From a virus (lineage: Duplodnaviria; Heunggongvirae; Uroviricota; Caudoviricetes): DNA of 17,013 nt. The translations under genes and the position numbers were made by a program. The stretch lies in IMG/VR virus record IMGVR_UViG_2740892232_000002; one strand, 5' to 3'. The notes below the pieces were generated by a model. It saw nothing but the letters and a program-made list of their open reading frames with translations, did not search any database and was not told where the DNA came from. This document shows, piece by piece, positions 9,303-16,848 of the stretch (the first letter of the stretch is position 1; the number at the start of each line of letters is the position of its first letter).

Positions 9303-10043
9303 TTAACTGGCGGTGACGGTGATTTCTGCAACCGCAGCAAACTCACCATTACCGGATACAACCGGAATGTTGACCTTGCCTGCAGCAACGCCGTTCACGG
9401 TGATGGTCATACCACTGACCGACACGGTGGCTTTTGTTTTATCCGCAGACACCGCACGGAAGCTCTTGTCGGTTACACCTTCCGGCTGGAATGCCACGGT
9501 CAGCGTGGTGCTCTGCCCTTTCACTACGGAAGCACTGGCTGGCGTTACCGTCATGCCGGTTGCTGCCGTCACCGTACTGCGATCTTCAGCCATCGACGGG
9601 CGTCCAACATTGGTGACCTTCACCGTGCGGGTGATCACTTCCTTCGCCGTCACCGCTTTACCGATACTGCTGACCCAGCCACGGAACACATCGACCGTGC
9701 CGTTCGGGAAGCGGATTTTATAGGCACGGGTATCACCTTCATTAAACCACGCCAGCAGCGCCTGCTGCCCCTGCTCTCCGGGCATCCACGCCAGCGTGAA
9801 GCTGGTATCTCCGGCTGATTTCTGCCCCTGCCCGGTCGCAGTCCAGTCCGCATCTTCATCATCGAGATAGCTGTCGTCATAGGACTCAGCGGTCAGTTCG
9901 CCGGGTGTCAGGTCTTTAACTTTTGCCAGACGCGACCAGTCAACGTCTGAAAGCGGGTTCGCATAAGGGTCACCGTTCCCCTTATAAACCCACAGTGTGG
10001 TCCCGGCACCTTTCACCGGCATTGTAGGATTTGGTACAGGCAT
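9303..10043 (-). CDS. V: Major tail tube protein V with C-terminal Ig-like domain, 246 aa
   Basis: From ATG 10043..10041: [50 protein letters not shown]... matches lambda gpV; 246 aa as in lambda. The ORF-track start at 10073 would overlap U; the ATG at 10043 leaves a 7-bp spacer after the U stop, as in lambda. Confidence 0.93.
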   Translation of the reverse strand: MPVPNPTMPVKGAGTTLWVYKGNGDPYANPLSDVDWSRLAKVKDLTPGELTAESYDDSYLDDEDADWTATGQGQKSAGDTSFTLAWMPGEQGQQALLAWFNEGDTRAYKIRFPNGTVDVFRGWVSSIGKAVTAKEVITRTVKVTNVGRPSMAEDRSTVTAATGMTVTPASASVVKGQSTTLTVAFQPEGVTDKSFRAVSADKTKATVSVSGMTITVNGVAAGKVNIPVVSGNGEFAAVAEITVTAS

Positions 10044-10050
10044 ATCGTCC

Positions 10051-10446
10051 TCACATTTCATAGGTAATGACATAAGTCAGATCGGCTGAACTCCACAGGC
10101 CCGCATCATCGTCGCGTCGGTAGTCATAGCCACTGGCCACCATACTGGTGATCAAATCTGACAGTGCCGGGATATCGCTCATCACCGGATAAATCCGGGA
10201 CTCCATCCACGAATCCAGCTCTGAATCCGGCACCTGAGCAGGCAGGAAAACTTCAATATGCAGCTCCGCCTGCCAGGTATCGCTGTCCAGCTCTTCGCCC
10301 GTGTATTCAGCGCTGGTGAGATAAACGGCAATTGCCGGAAAATCTTCCTCATCAAAAACAGCGGGGCGACCATCAAAAAGCGTCGCCCCGGTGTCATGCT
10401 TCTCCAGTGCATCCAGTACGGCTGCTCGGAGTTCAGTATGTTTCAT
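10051..10446 (-). CDS. U: Tail terminator protein U, 131 aa
   Basis: [57 protein letters not shown]... matches lambda gpU; 131 aa. ATGA overlap with the Z stop. Confidence 0.93.
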   Translation of the reverse strand: MKHTELRAAVLDALEKHDTGATLFDGRPAVFDEEDFPAIAVYLTSAEYTGEELDSDTWQAELHIEVFLPAQVPDSELDSWMESRIYPVMSDIPALSDLITSMVASGYDYRRDDDAGLWSSADLTYVITYEM

Positions 10447-11021
10447 CGCTTTATTACCATCCTCAGTTGATGCTGCAGCGCATAGCCCAGCTCTTTCGGA
10501 AGACGCTCACGCCGTATCCGCTCAATATTCTGTTTAAACGCCGTGGTAAGCGGCACCGCCATCGGGATTTTCACCACATCAATGGGGTAACGGTTTTTCC
10601 CCGCCACACGCTGCATGACATGCCAGCGGCCATTTTTCAGTTGCTGAATAAACGCGCCGGGAATACGACGGTTTCCCACCACAAGCACACTGCCGCCACC
10701 TTTCAGGGCTGAACGCTGCCCCTTTTTACGACGCCTGCGTCGGGACAGGACAACCCGCGCATTACCCAGCTTGATTACGGGCAAATCCCCCCGGTTCACT
10801 TTGATTCTGGCCTGCGGATTTTTGACCGTGGCCCTTTTCAGCCTGGCCCTTTCCTTTACCAGTTTCCGGCGTACCTTTGTCTCACGGGCAACCTGTGACG
10901 CCGACTGCGATATCGCGGATGAAGCAACGCGGTTAATGGCCATTGCGGCGGCACCCGGCACCGCCGTTTTGCTGATACGACTGAGGTTTTCAACGGCCTG
11001 CTCAAGACCTTTTATGGCCAT
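10443..11021 (-). CDS. Z: Tail completion protein Z, 192 aa
   Basis: From ATG 11021..11019: MAIKGLEQAVENLSRISKTAVPGAAAMAINRVASSAISQSASQVARETKVRRKL... matches lambda gpZ (192 aa). The longer ORF-track start at 11111 would overlap FII. Confidence 0.92.
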   Translation of the reverse strand: MAIKGLEQAVENLSRISKTAVPGAAAMAINRVASSAISQSASQVARETKVRRKLVKERARLKRATVKNPQARIKVNRGDLPVIKLGNARVVLSRRRRRKKGQRSALKGGGSVLVVGNRRIPGAFIQQLKNGRWHVMQRVAGKNRYPIDVVKIPMAVPLTTAFKQNIERIRRERLPKELGYALQHQLRMVIKR

Positions 11022-11031
11022 ACATCCCCTT

Positions 11032-11385
11032 TCAGCGGCGACGGTTAACGGCAGGTGGTTGCCCCCGGTTGAGCCAGAGATAACAACTCCCTCCGTCATC
11101 CGGAGAAACACGATCCACCCAGAATATCTCGCCGTTAATGGTCAGCGTGTCACCACGCCGTACAGCACAAACCGTATCCGTAAGCACAAATAATGACGGG
11201 TTGCTTCCTTCAATACGGATCCCACTACTGGCAAAACCCAGCGACTCCGGATCGTCAAAAACGCCATGAACCTCGCCGCCACGCTGTGCACCGGAGGTGA
11301 ACTGCGCACTGATGCCCATCACTTCAACAATCGTACTGTCCACCCCGGCAAGGGCGGCATCAAAGGCATTCTGAAAATCACGCAT
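11032..11385 (-). CDS. FII: Head-tail connector protein FII, 117 aa
   Basis: From ATG 11385..11383: MRDFQNAFDAALAGVDSTIVEVMGISAQFTSGAQRGGEVHGVFDDPESLGF...GDTLTINGEIFWVDRVSPDDGGSCYLWLNRGQPPAVNRRR aligns with lambda gpFII (MADFDNLFDAAI...VNRRR) and gives exactly 117 aa. This start overlaps the FI stop by 8 bp. Confidence 0.88.
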   Translation of the reverse strand: MRDFQNAFDAALAGVDSTIVEVMGISAQFTSGAQRGGEVHGVFDDPESLGFASSGIRIEGSNPSLFVLTDTVCAVRRGDTLTINGEIFWVDRVSPDDGGSCYLWLNRGQPPAVNRRR

Positions 11386-11752
11386 AAACAGCCATTCCGC
11401 CATCAACGTGTGTTTTTGCATCTGAGGACATAATCAGAATCACCCGACCAACATCCGCAAGCTCAACGGATTCCCCCGTTTCACCATCAATGCCACAGAG
11501 ATGGAGGCAGGTCAGAACTCTGATGCGCGTTAACGCGCCGGATGTTTCCTCACGAACATCATGAGCCGCGGTTTCCTGCTCCCGGATATCCATATTCATA
11601 ACCTGTACATCATCGCCGGATGACTGCATTTCCTCTTCCCATTCCGCCACCCGCTGCGCTATCTCTGCGGCACTCCCGGATATATCCGGCTCACGCCCCA
11701 GAATCAGGGCCAGTTCATCAAGCCGTTTCAGATTTTGCTCTTTCGTTGCCAT
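11378..11752 (-). CDS. FI: DNA packaging / head assembly protein FI-like (diverged from lambda FI), 124 aa
   Basis: From ATG 11752..11750 with a GGGGG SD: MATKEQNLKRLDELALILGREPDISGSAAEIAQRVAEWEEEMQ... Sits in the FI position between E and FII and is acidic and FI-like at the N-terminus, but much less similar to lambda FI than the flanking tail genes are to their lambda counterparts. Confidence 0.7.
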   Translation of the reverse strand: MATKEQNLKRLDELALILGREPDISGSAAEIAQRVAEWEEEMQSSGDDVQVMNMDIREQETAAHDVREETSGALTRIRVLTCLHLCGIDGETGESVELADVGRVILIMSSDAKTHVDGGMAVYA

Positions 11753-11766
11753 ATCAGCCCCCTGTG

Positions 11767-11795
11767 AAAAAAGACACGGGGGCATTTCGCCCCCG
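11767..11795 (-). promoter_or_regulatory. Hairpin plus T-tract between E and FI (7-bp G/C stem CGGGGGC / GCCCCCG, loop GAAAT, then UGUCUUUUUUC on the sense strand)
   Basis: Seen in sequence: plus 11777-11795 cgggggc-atttc-gcccccg, A-run at 11767-11772. On the minus strand the stem is followed after 4 nt by six T. Terminator-like, inside a polycistronic late operon. Confidence 0.45.
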
Positions 11796-11803
11796 CTCAC
11801 GGA

Positions 11804-12838
11804 TTATTTCACCTGTACCACCACAAACTCATNNNNNNNNNNGTCCGGCAACACCATCAGCGGTGCGGACTGCGTCATGGTAAATTCACGGGCAGGATCC
11901 CCCACCGTCAGCCAGTGTTTCGGATAACGGGAAGAAGCCACCACACCTTCGGAAAACGCCTGCGCATCCTGAATGGCTCCGTAACAACGGATCCCATCTG
12001 CAGCAGTATTCCCCAGGACCAGCATGCCATCTGGAAGATAACGTTTTTCGATACCGTCTTCTGCTATATAAGACGTTTTCGCCACAACAATAGCCAGATC
12101 GCCGTAATACCCCTTGAAGGACACCACTGCGCCCAGATCTTTCACTGCCGTTTCGAGTTGTGAATTTGAACCGCGACGGGTATCCAGTTTTTCGCGAAAC
12201 AGCTTAAAACCATTCAGCAGACGCCAGACGGTACCGTCCATGATGGCAATATTCACAAGACCGCTGGCCTGGTCGCAGTAAAGGTCAATATCATGTGTAG
12301 GATCGAACGTGTCACGATCCTGTTTTGACCATTCCTTACCGCTACCCTGTGTGATGTTATTCTTCGTCGACCTGCCAAAATCGACCTCAATTTTCTCGAA
12401 CTGGTCTCCTTCCATGGTGTATTTGCCATACAACACAGCATTTACCGCCTGCATTTCTTCCACCTGGACAATCGCGTGCTCTTCCTGTTTGAGGTTATCG
12501 GTAATGATACGCAGACGGCGGTAAGCCGGATCGTTCAGTTGAGATGGATCTTCACCAGGAAGGCGCTCAACCGCCTGCTGGTAATTAAATTCGTGTTTCG
12601 GCTTGACGTAGCCCGGACGCAACACGCGGGTTTCACCACCACGATGACGCAGCACTTTTCCTTCAACAACCGGGGAGACATAGGCCGCCACCGGCGTTTT
12701 TCCGGTAATTTTGTCCAGCATCACCTCTTCGGTATGGAAATTCACCGTACGGCGGAAAAACAGCTCCAGAAACAGCGCACGAAATTTAACTTTTTGTTCG
12801 GTATAACCGAGTAACTGGCGGGTCGTAAACAATCCCAT
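11804..12838 (-). CDS. E: Major capsid protein E (HK97-fold), interrupted near the C-terminus by a 10-N gap
   Basis: ORF MGLFTTRQLLGYTEQKVKFRALFLELFFRRTVNFHTEEV...RGSNSQLETAVKDLG...GDPAREFTMTQSAPLMVLPD[NNN]EFVVVQVK aligns along its length with lambda gpE (MSMYTTAQLL...TGDPAREFTMIQSAPLMLLADPDEFVSVQLA) at moderate identity. AAGGA SD 7 nt upstream. The gap at 11833-11842 falls 8-11 codons from the stop. Confidence 0.9.
   Translation of the reverse strand: MGLFTTRQLLGYTEQKVKFRALFLELFFRRTVNFHTEEVMLDKITGKTPVAAYVSPVVEGKVLRHRGGETRVLRPGYVKPKHEFNYQQAVERLPGEDPSQLNDPAYRRLRIITDNLKQEEHAIVQVEEMQAVNAVLYGKYTMEGDQFEKIEVDFGRSTKNNITQGSGKEWSKQDRDTFDPTHDIDLYCDQASGLVNIAIMDGTVWRLLNGFKLFREKLDTRRGSNSQLETAVKDLGAVVSFKGYYGDLAIVVAKTSYIAEDGIEKRYLPDGMLVLGNTAADGIRCYGAIQDAQAFSEGVVASSRYPKHWLTVGDPAREFTMTQSAPLMVLPDXXXXEFVVVQVK
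11833..11842. other. Assembly gap (10 N) inside E
   Basis: Run of exactly 10 n. Flanking translation (…LMVLPD / EFVVVQVK) against lambda (…LMLLADPDEFVSVQLA) suggests at most a few bases are actually missing. Confidence 0.95.
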
Positions 12839-12866
12839 AAATCAGTTCCTTTCATTCAGAAATCAG

Positions 12867-12888
12867 TCAGGCCACCGCGGTGGCCTGA
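12867..12888 (-). promoter_or_regulatory. Perfect 22-bp palindrome TCAGGCCACCGCGGTGGCCTGA between D and E
   Basis: Seen in sequence at 12867-12888, between the D stop (12896) and E start (12838). Can form a hairpin with a 9-bp stem on the late mRNA. Confidence 0.45.
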
Positions 12889-12895
12889 TAACGTG

Positions 12896-13243
12896 TTACG
12901 GCAGCGCCGCGTGACTCAGGGCACTGCCGGCAAAGGCGTTGGCCTTTTTGTGTTCATCCACACTTTCAGGCCAGTGGATTGCCTCCGTCGCAAAGGTTCC
13001 CGACTTGTAATACGTCAGCGCCGTCTCTGTACCTTCAAGCGGCAGTACCAGTATGCCAACCGCACTACCGGCTTTCTGTCCGTCCCAGACCACCAGTTTC
13101 CCGGTGGCTTCATCCAGCATCAGGGGCGTCAGTGCCGGTGTTGGCGAGGAAATCCCGCTGCTGCCTGTGGCGGTATGAGCCGGATCATTACCGGCAAAAA
13201 TACGTACTTCCGCACGCTGTTCAGTGATGGTTTTCGTCACCAT
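12896..13243 (-). CDS. D: Capsid decoration protein D, 115 aa
   Basis: ORF MVTKTITEQRAEVRIFAGNDPAHTATGSSGISSPTPALTPLMLDEATGKLVVWDGQKAGSAVGILV...TYYKSGTF aligns with lambda gpD (…SDPAHTAT…TPLMLD…KLVAWDG…AVGIL…FYKSGTF…). Strong AGGAGG SD upstream of ATG 13243..13241. Confidence 0.88.
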   Translation of the reverse strand: MVTKTITEQRAEVRIFAGNDPAHTATGSSGISSPTPALTPLMLDEATGKLVVWDGQKAGSAVGILVLPLEGTETALTYYKSGTFATEAIHWPESVDEHKKANAFAGSALSHAALP

Positions 13244-13279
13244 ATTGTAAAAACCTCCTATTGATGGTCAGCACTGACT

Positions 13280-14095
13280 TCATGGCATGGCCATGAGCAT
13301 TTTCACGTCCGCATCACCGTCTGCTGACGTCTGTGGCACGCCACCCTGTACCGCTGCCGGTGAATGGTTCGCCATGAAATGTTCAAACATGGCGGTTGTG
13401 GATGCAGAGACCGGTTCTGCCTTACCTGATCCCGCAGCCAGCACAGCCCGGGCGCTCTCCACTGTCATTCCCGGGCAGGCAGCCAGCTGTTCAGCCTGCG
13501 CCTCAGCCCCTTTTGCCTCATCCAGTGCCATGATCTGATCACGGAGTGATGGTCCGGCATCCGCCTGCGGTGAAGCAGCCAGGATCGGGCGGGCTTTTTC
13601 CACCGTCATCTCCGGCATCGCCGCCAGCGTTGCCGCCAGTTGTTCACGACCGTTCGCTTCTTCACACGCCATAATGCGATCGGCTTCACTCTGCGTGGAT
13701 GCCACCGGCTGCTGCGGTGCCGCCGCGGCCAGAATCGCCCGGGCCTGTTCAACGCTCATGCCCTGTTGTCCTGCCAGCATCGTGGCAAGCTGTTCACGTC
13801 CTTTCGCTTCCTGGCATGTCAGGATCCCCATCACTCGCTGGTTCTCCTGCGCGGCGGCTTCCGTTGCAGTTAATTGCGGCATAGTGCCTCCTCTGACATT
13901 ACTGTTCAGCGCCGTGGCCATCACACTGATGGCATCCGACGCATTGATTAATTCATCCGCCAGCCCGGCCTCAATGCCGGACTGACCTTCAAAAACGGCA
14001 GCCTCTGTTCCCGTGACGGCATCAACAGACAGACCGGTATACATCGCCACTTTTTCGGCAAACATCCGGCGCGCCGCATCAATCCGCTGCTGCAT
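13280..14095 (-). CDS. Nu3: Scaffolding protein Nu3-like, nested in-frame in the 3' part of C; start uncertain (ATG at 14095 or 14065)
   Basis: In lambda, Nu3 is translated from an internal in-frame start in C. Two in-frame ATGs (14095..14093 and 14065..14063) lie near the equivalent position (…DMQQRIDAARRMFAEKV…). The C-terminal region is low-complexity, A/Q/E-rich and scaffold-like. Start not verifiable from sequence alone. Confidence 0.35.
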   Translation of the reverse strand: MQQRIDAARRMFAEKVAMYTGLSVDAVTGTEAAVFEGQSGIEAGLADELINASDAISVMATALNSNVRGGTMPQLTATEAAAQENQRVMGILTCQEAKGREQLATMLAGQQGMSVEQARAILAAAAPQQPVASTQSEADRIMACEEANGREQLAATLAAMPEMTVEKARPILAASPQADAGPSLRDQIMALDEAKGAEAQAEQLAACPGMTVESARAVLAAGSGKAEPVSASTTAMFEHFMANHSPAAVQGGVPQTSADGDADVKMLMAMP

Positions 14096-15150
14096 GTCCT
14101 GGCGAACCTCTGCCGGCAACGCTTCAAACTGATTGCCATCCACCTTGTGCGCACCTGAGTAAATCAGCGTGATATCCACACCGGCCTGCGCCAGATGACC
14201 GGCATAGCTGACATGGCTCATCATCACGCCAATGGAGCCGATACGGGATGTCTGGGTAACCAGCCGTCGGGAGCAGGCCGACGCCAGCAGCATGGCTGCA
14301 GAACAGGCCGTGTCATTGCACAGTGCCCAGACCGGCTTCTGCTGACGGAGGCGGTAAATCATGTCAGCACAGTCAAACGCACCGGCGGCCTGCCCGCCCG
14401 GACTGTCAATGTCCAGCAGTACACCCCGCACCTGGCTATCCGCCATTGCCTGCTGAAGACAGGCGACAATGCCGTCATAGCCTGTCATTCCGGAAAATGG
14501 CCGCATACCACCCAGCCGGTGCACCAGCGTGCCGGTCACCGGCAGTACAGCAATACCGTTCACCACCCGGTAAACACGGGCCGGTCGTTTACCTCCGGCC
14601 ATATACTCGTCCGTTTCAGCCAGCATTCCGGGAGCATCAAGCTGTACCTGTTGTTGTGGTACCGAAAGACTTGCTGCCCCCATCTCGCGCCCGAGCGCGC
14701 AAAAGAAAACCCGCGCATAGGCGNNNNNNNNNNGCAGTCAAACGCGCCGGCGGCCTGCCCGCCCGGACTGTCAATGTCCAGCAGTACGCCCCGCACCTGG
14801 CTATCCGCCATTGCCTGCTGAAGACAGGCGACAATGCCGTCATAGCCTGTCATTCCGGAAAATGGCCGCATACCCCCCAGCCGGTGCACCAGCGTGCCTG
14901 TCACCGGCAGTACAGCAATACCGTTCACCACCCGGTAAACACGGGCCGGTCGTTTACCTCCGGCCATGTACTCGTCCGTTTCAGCCAGCATTCCGGGTGC
15001 ATCAAGCTGTACCTGCTGTTGTGGTACCGAAAGACTTGCTGCCCCCATCTCGCGCCCGAGCGCGCAAAAGAAAACCCGCGCATAGGCGGGCTCCAGAAGC
15101 AGCGGTTCATTGAATGCTGCGGCAATAATGTGTGAAAGATTACGTCTCAC
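13280..15150 (-). CDS. C: Head maturation protease C (S49/ClpP-like) with C-terminal scaffolding (Nu3) domain; span inflated by a 10-N gap and a 353-bp unmerged overlap, true length about 500 aa
   Basis: N-terminal fragment from GTG 15150 (MRRNLSHIIAAAFNEPLLLEPAYARVFFCAL...) and the main ORF (…VVNGIAVLPVTGTLVHR…SRRLVTQTSRIGSIGVMMSHVSYAG…ITLIYSGAHKVDGN…) align with lambda gpC (…MNGIAVLPVSGTLVSR…SRRLVTQTARTGSIGVMMAH…ITLIYSGSHKVDGN…). Start overlaps the B 3' end by 11 bp. The reading frame is broken only by the gap/duplication at 14724-15088. No in-frame ATG is available upstream, so the start codon call is uncertain. Confidence 0.85.
13422..13843 (-). repeat. Three tandem, diverged ~135-140-bp (~45-aa) in-frame repeats within the C/Nu3 scaffolding region
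   Basis: Protein repeats: …RVMGILTCQEAKGREQLATMLAGQQGMSVEQARAILAAAAP… / …DRIMACEEANGREQLAATLAAMPEMTVEKARPILAASPQ… / …DQIMALDEAKGAEAQAEQLAACPGMTVESARAVLAAGSG…. Also visible at the DNA level as three imperfect direct repeats. Confidence 0.8.
14371..14723. repeat. 353-bp near-identical direct copy of 14736..15088, separated from it by the N10 gap; probable unmerged contig overlap
   Basis: Seen in sequence: constant 365-bp offset, no indels, 7 substitutions. All 7 are synonymous in the C reading frame (both copies translate to …MGAASLSVPQQQVQLDAPGMLAETDEYMAGGKRPARVYRVVNGIAVLPV…GAFDC). Confidence 0.85.
14724..14733. other. Assembly gap (10 N) at the junction of the duplicated C 5' segment
   Basis: Run of exactly 10 n, flanked on both sides by the same C-gene sequence. 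Confidence 0.95.
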
Positions 15151-16848
15151 GTGGTGTTGTCTCCTCTTCCGGCCTGCGACTCTCCGCTATCTGCTGCTGA
15201 TACGCCTGCGATATCCACACCGGACGTGAGAGTCCGGCTTTTTGCCGCTCTGCAGATTCCCTGACCTGCTGGCGGAAAATGTCCTGATAATCCTCGCCCA
15301 TCAGCGCCAGCTCTTTNNNNNNNNNNCTATCCACACCGGACGTGAGAGTCCGGCTTTTTCCCGCTCTGCAGATTCCCTGACCTGCTGGCGGAAAATGTCC
15401 TGATAATCCTCGCCCATCAGCGCCAGCTCTTTCTCATACGTGCTCAGTCCGGCCTCAATGCGCATCACTGATTCCTGAACCTCCTTGAGCCCGTCAATGG
15501 CCATTCTTCCGGCTCCAATCCACTCAGCCCGTGACCAGGCTGATCGCGCCTGATAAAAATCAAAACGTGCCCGTGGCGGACGAATAATCCCCCGAAGAAG
15601 TGCCTCTTCCAGCCAGCAGGAAAACATCTGCGTGGCCAGTCGGGACGCAATAAATTTTCGCCGCCCCATAAAATAGCGCCACGACTCATTGGCGGATGCG
15701 CGGGCACTTGAATAACTGACCTTCGAGTAATCACGGGACAACTGTTCGTAGGAAACGCCAAGACCGGCGGCGATATACCGCAGCAGCGCCTGTTCAAGCG
15801 CCGAAAATCCATTGTCTGAATCCTGCGCGGTCTGAAGTTTCAGATCATCACCGGGGAAAAGGTGCGGAATTTTGACACCGCCCAGCGTCACGCTATTCGT
15901 GTCATACCAGGTGGAGAACTTATCCAGAATATTAATAAGCGGATTATCCTTCTGCCCCTGCGGCGCACCGGCGATATATTCAAAGGCCTTTTCGGTATCA
16001 AGGTCACTTTCAATCGTCGCTGCATACATCGCCTTCACTATGGCCGACTGAAGCTGTGTTGCCTGCAGGGAGTCCAGCATCTTCAGCCGTTCCATAACGC
16101 TGTAAAACTGATTGGCTCCACGGGTCTGCCCGTCCTCCACCGGCTCGAAAATATGCAGCATGGCCGGACGCCCGGTGGGAAGTTCACGCGGGATCCGTTC
16201 CCATCGTCCACTCCCGGAGCGAGGAAAATCATCCTCACAGATATGGTACGCAACGGCACGGCCATATCGATCAACCTCCACACCGGCCCGCAGAAAACGG
16301 TTCCCGATACCGTGTCCTGGCGTGTCCACCCGTTTCGGACTCACGGCTTTAAAACGCGTACGAAACAGTTGCGTGCTCTCCGTATCCCAGACCGGCTGCA
16401 CAAAGATTTCGCCGTTAAACGCATGAACGCCCACACCTTCACGGATAAATTCCGTAAACGTGCGTTTCCCTTCCACGTCGATCTCACCAAACATCCCTTC
16501 TGCGTATTCTGACCAGGCCGCCTCCACCTCATCGACAAAACTTTTTGCCGCGGTCTCCCGCATCCCCAGCCAGCGCCAGTTCGGACGGTAGCTAATCAGA
16601 AACATATGCCCGACAATGTGATCCTTATGCAGGGCCACCGCATTGGCCGCTATTCCGTTATTGCGCACCAGATCATCTGCACGGGCATTCCCCAGACGCA
16701 ACGCGGGCAGCAGGGCCGCATCGGCACTCTGCGAGGGTGGCAACCACTCTGCCATTTGCCCGCCAAATCCTGCACCGCCACCGTTGTAGCTGAGGCTCTC
16801 CCGAAGCGGAACGCCGTTCACATCAATCAGGACAGGCGTTCGTTTCAT
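15140..16848 (-). CDS. B: Portal protein B; span contains a 10-N gap and a 105-bp unmerged overlap, true length about 533 aa
   Basis: ORF from ATG 16848..16846: MKRTPVLIDVNGVPLRESLSYNGGGAGFGGQMAEWLPPSQSADAALLP…ARADDLVRNNG…EPVEDGQTRGAN.FYSVME…LQSAIVKAMYAATIES…LRYIAAGLGVSYEQLSR…ARASANESW.YFMGRRKF…DWIG.GRMAIDGLKEVQE.VM.IEAGLSTYEKE aligns along its length with lambda gpB at moderate identity. The C-terminal 23 codons (…SQAYQQQIAESRRPEEETTPRET) lie beyond the gap and end at 15140. Confidence 0.88.
15212..15316. repeat. 105-bp near-identical direct copy of 15328..15432, separated by the N10 gap; probable unmerged contig overlap in the B 3' end
   Basis: Seen in sequence: tatccacaccggacgtgagagtccggcttttt[g/c]ccgctctgcagattccctgacctgctggcggaaaatgtcctgataatcctcgcccatcagcgccagctcttt on both sides of the gap. 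The single mismatch changes one B codon (Q versus E). Confidence 0.85.
15317..15326. other. Assembly gap (10 N) inside B
   Basis: Run of exactly 10 n, flanked by duplicated B sequence. Confidence 0.95.

Noticed and set aside
11386-11421. FII starts at 11421 or 11403 (longer forms)
   Set aside because: They would extend the FI/FII overlap to 26-44 bp and add residues absent from lambda FII. The ATG at 11385 gives exactly the 117-aa lambda-length protein with an aligned N-terminus.
14371-15088. Possible genuine tandem duplication of the C 5' region producing a truncated extra copy
   Set aside because: The junction coincides exactly with a 10-N run and the copies are collinear with no indels, which is the signature of an unmerged contig overlap. 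A biological tandem duplication remains formally possible but is much less likely.
14560-15334. Small ORFs at 14560-15150 and 15140-15334 as independent genes
   Set aside because: They are the N-terminal fragment of C and the C-terminal fragment of B respectively, separated from the rest of their genes only by the N gaps and duplicated overlaps.
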